Shown here in pieces: positions 36,792-39,253 of a stretch of DNA of 39,253 nucleotides. Source of the stretch: Escherichia virus ECG4. Made by a program: the position numbers and the translations under genes. The first letter of the stretch is position 1; each line of letters begins with the position of its first letter. The DNA is taken from the sequence record MN218775.2, one strand, 5' to 3'. The notes under the pieces were generated by a model. That model searched no databases. It was not told the DNA's origin and worked only from the letters and a program-made list of their open reading frames with translations.

Positions 36792-38551
36792 GTAAAGATT
36801 TAGTGGCGCGTCAGGCGCTAATGACTGCCCGTATGAAGGCAGACTTCGTGTTCTTCCTGTTCGTCCTGTGGAAAGCTCTGTCACTACCAGTCCCGACTCG
36901 CTGTCAGATTGACATGGCGAAGAAACTATCGGCTGGGGACAACAGGCGTTTCATCCTACAGGCGTTCCGTGGTATCGGGAAGTCATTCATTACGTGCGCA
37001 TTCGTGGTATGGAAACTGTGGAACAACCCAGACTTGAAGTTCATGATTGTGTCGGCCTCAAAGGAACGAGCCGATGCTAACTCCATATTCATCAAGCGAA
37101 TCATCGACCTCATGCCTCAGCTTCAGGAACTCAAACCTAAGCAGGGACAGCGAGATGCGGTTATTAGCTTCGACGTTGGACCAGCCAAGCCAGACCACTC
37201 ACCTTCGGTTAAGTCCGTTGGTATCACTGGTCAGTTGACTGGTAGTCGTGCTGACATCCTGATTGCCGATGACGTGGAGGTTCCGAACAACTCAGCGACT
37301 CAGGCTGCCCGAGACCGTCTGTCAGAGCTTGTAAAAGAGTTTGACGCTATCCTGAAGCCGGGAGGCACAATCATCTATCTGGGTACTCCTCAGAACGAGA
37401 TGACCCTGTATCGTGAGCTGGAAGGGCGTGGGTATACCACTACTATCTGGCCTGCTCGTTACCCGCGCGATAAGAAGGACTGGCAGTCTTACGGCGACCG
37501 TCTGGCTCCGATGCTTCAGGCAGAGCTGGAAGAGGACCCTGAGTCATTCTACTGGCGTCCGACCGATGAAGTACGATTCGATGATACGGACCTGAAGGAA
37601 CGTGAGCTGTCCTACGGTAAAGCTGGCTTCGCTCTACAGTTCATGCTTAACCCTAACCTGAGTGATGCCGATAAGTACCCTCTGAAGCTCCGTGACCTTA
37701 TCGTAGCAGACTTGGACCCAGCGTCCAGCCCAATGGTCTACCAATGGCTTCCTAACCCTCAGAACAAGCGTGAGGACGTTCCTAACGTTGGACTCATTGG
37801 TGACTCATACCACACGTATCAGACTGTAGGTTCTGCCTTCAGTTCGTACACCCAGAAGATTCTGGTCATTGACCCTAGTGGTCGTGGTAAGGATGAAACT
37901 GGTTATGCGGTACTGTACCAGCTAAACGGCTACATCTTCGCTATGGAAGTTGGCGGTATGCGAGGTGGCTATGAAGACTCTACGCTGGAAGCCTTGGCTA
38001 AGATTGGTCGTAAGTGGAAGGTCAACGAATACGTCATTGAGGGTAACTTTGGTGATGGTATGTACCTTGAGCTATTCAAGCCTGTAGCTTCCCGTATTCA
38101 TCCTGCTGCTGTAACTGAAGTGAAGAGTAAGGGCCAGAAGGAGCTCCGAATCTGTGACGTTCTGGAGCCTATCATGGGGTCTCACCGACTTATCGTCAAC
38201 GCTGCTGCTATCGTACAAGATTACCAGTTGGCCTCTGATAAGGATGGTGTTCGTAACCCTATCTACTCTCTCTTCTACCAGATGACACGTATCTCTCGTG
38301 AACGTGGAGCATTGGCACACGATGACCGACTTGATGCGCTGGCTATCGGTGTACAGTTCTTCGTTGAGTCTATGGCGAAGGATGCCAACAAAGGCGAACG
38401 TGAAGTCACTGAGGAGTGGCTGGAAGAACAGATGGAGAACCCACGGAAAGGCTTCGAGTCAATCCACACTGAGTTCTGGGACAATGGGGTCAGGGTAACT
38501 CACGATACTGACGACGAGCTGGGACTAGGGTCCTACGTTACGTTCCACTAG
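36788..38551 (+). CDS. Terminase large subunit (T7 gene 19 homologue), 587 aa
   Basis: Position and length (T7 gp19 is 586 aa); ATG overlaps the i-spanin stop. Confidence 0.95.
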   Translation: MSKDLVARQALMTARMKADFVFFLFVLWKALSLPVPTRCQIDMAKKLSAGDNRRFILQAFRGIGKSFITCAFVVWKLWNNPDLKFMIVSASKERADANSIFIKRIIDLMPQLQELKPKQGQRDAVISFDVGPAKPDHSPSVKSVGITGQLTGSRADILIADDVEVPNNSATQAARDRLSELVKEFDAILKPGGTIIYLGTPQNEMTLYRELEGRGYTTTIWPARYPRDKKDWQSYGDRLAPMLQAELEEDPESFYWRPTDEVRFDDTDLKERELSYGKAGFALQFMLNPNLSDADKYPLKLRDLIVADLDPASSPMVYQWLPNPQNKREDVPNVGLIGDSYHTYQTVGSAFSSYTQKILVIDPSGRGKDETGYAVLYQLNGYIFAMEVGGMRGGYEDSTLEALAKIGRKWKVNEYVIEGNFGDGMYLELFKPVASRIHPAAVTEVKSKGQKELRICDVLEPIMGSHRLIVNAAAIVQDYQLASDKDGVRNPIYSLFYQMTRISRERGALAHDDRLDALAIGVQFFVESMAKDANKGEREVTEEWLEEQMENPRKGFESIHTEFWDNGVRVTHDTDDELGLGSYVTFH

Positions 38552-38560
38552 CTGAATGAA

Positions 38561-38609
38561 TAACTATAGGCGAAAACTGAATTAATAAGCAGTTAGTAAC
38601 CTATAGTTA
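38561..38609. repeat. Perfect 10-bp inverted repeat TAACTATAGG / CCTATAGTTA with 29-nt spacer, containing the promoter core ACTATAGG
   Basis: Read directly from the sequence, 10 nt after the terminase stop. Confidence 0.8.
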
Positions 38610-38645
38610 CTACCAGCCTAACCTACTGTTTTATAAGGAGTTTGG

Positions 38646-38668
38646 ACTTAACTATCACTATAGGGAAG
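38646..38668 (+). promoter_or_regulatory. Phage RNAP promoter (phiOR-like) near the right end
   Basis: TTAACTATCACTATAGGGA at 38648-38666, +1 G at 38663. Confidence 0.75.
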
Positions 38669-38848
38669 ACCCCCGGTTACTTATAGTATTACTGTAGTGA
38701 ATATACATATGTAGACTTTATGCAAGACCTTAGGAGGCAGACTCCGAGTTCTTACCTAAGGCTTGCACCGATGGAAGGAGGGTGATATTAATCATAATCC
38801 CTCCTATACAGATAGTTAAAGACCATAGATACAGGAGGTATGTAGCAT

Positions 38849-39007
38849 ATGGCAAAGACCAAAGCTGTACTTAAAGCTCTGGCGACCAATCGAGCTACAT
38901 ACAGGTTTCTTGCTGCTGTTCTACTTGCTGCTGGCGTTACTGCTGGAAGTCAGTGGGTCGGGTGGGTCGAGACTCTCGTATGTTCTCTGGTCTCTCAGTG
39001 TAATTAA
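38849..39007 (+). CDS. gp19.5-like small protein, 52 aa (below the ORF-track cutoff)
   Basis: AGGAGG RBS; NRATYRFLAAVLLAAG resembles T7 gp19.5 (RVTYRFLVVLCAALG) as I recall it. Confidence 0.6.
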   Translation: MAKTKAVLKALATNRATYRFLAAVLLAAGVTAGSQWVGWVETLVCSLVSQCN

Positions 39008-39042
39008 CGCAATCATAGTAACGATTCATGAGTGGAAGACCT

Positions 39043-39081
39043 AAGGTCAGTACGTGGATAAAGACTCACTCTACTGACCTT
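39043..39081 (+). other. Perfect 10-bp inverted repeat AAGGTCAGTA / TACTGACCTT (19-nt loop) near the right end
   Basis: Read directly; no downstream T-run, so probably not an intrinsic terminator. Confidence 0.6.
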
Positions 39082-39172
39082 AGCTACTGTAGTCAAGGAC
39101 TTTAGGTAACACCATTTAGAAGCTCACTTAGGGTCATCCTACTTATTGGTCTACTAGTTGTCATCCTAGTGT

Positions 39173-39203
39173 CTTTGACCTACGGTCCTTGACCTACAGT
39201 AGC
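39173..39203. repeat. Right-end GACCTACRGT direct repeats
   Basis: TTGACCTACGGTCCTTGACCTACAGTAG; same motif family as the left-end repeats. Confidence 0.5.
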
Positions 39204-39253
39204 TGCCACCTACGTTGTCACGATGAGTTTTGGACCAAAAGTTTGAGACCACA

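Overview
Near-complete genome of a T7-like podophage (Autographiviridae-type architecture), with every supported gene on the + strand in canonical T7 order. Left end: short direct repeats and sigma70-type early promoters, then early genes including a clear Ocr (gp0.3) homologue but no gp0.7 kinase. Then: single-subunit RNA polymerase, gp1.1/1.2, ATP-dependent DNA ligase, gp2, SSB gp2.5, endonuclease I, amidase/lysozyme, primase-helicase, DNA polymerase, gp5.5/5.7, exonuclease, gp6.5/6.7/7/7.3, portal, scaffold, major capsid with a -1 frameshift extension, tail tubular A/B, internal core proteins gp13-16, tail fiber, holin, small terminase, Rz/Rz1-type spanins, large terminase, gp19.5. Eleven phage-RNAP promoters share the consensus TAAACTATCACTATAGG (T7-like -7..+1 core, different -12..-8), and T7-like TE and Tphi terminators are present. 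I see no tRNA, rRNA, CRISPR array, integrase or transposase. Most unusual: two compositionally atypical segments (about 5555-6412 and 33750-35690) each end in a perfect tetranucleotide tandem tract that looks engineered or artefactual rather than biological; the central 1.9 kb of the tail-fiber ORF is open but has non-protein-like composition, while a second frame is stop-free for 307 codons. Other anomalies: an in-frame stop inside a T11 run at the primase N-terminus, loss of the conserved gp4 stop, and a frame break at the gp5.5 start. Accessory small genes sit before ocr, between genes 3 and 3.5, and between genes 11 and 12. All product calls rest on my reading of the translations against remembered T7 proteins; no database search was run.
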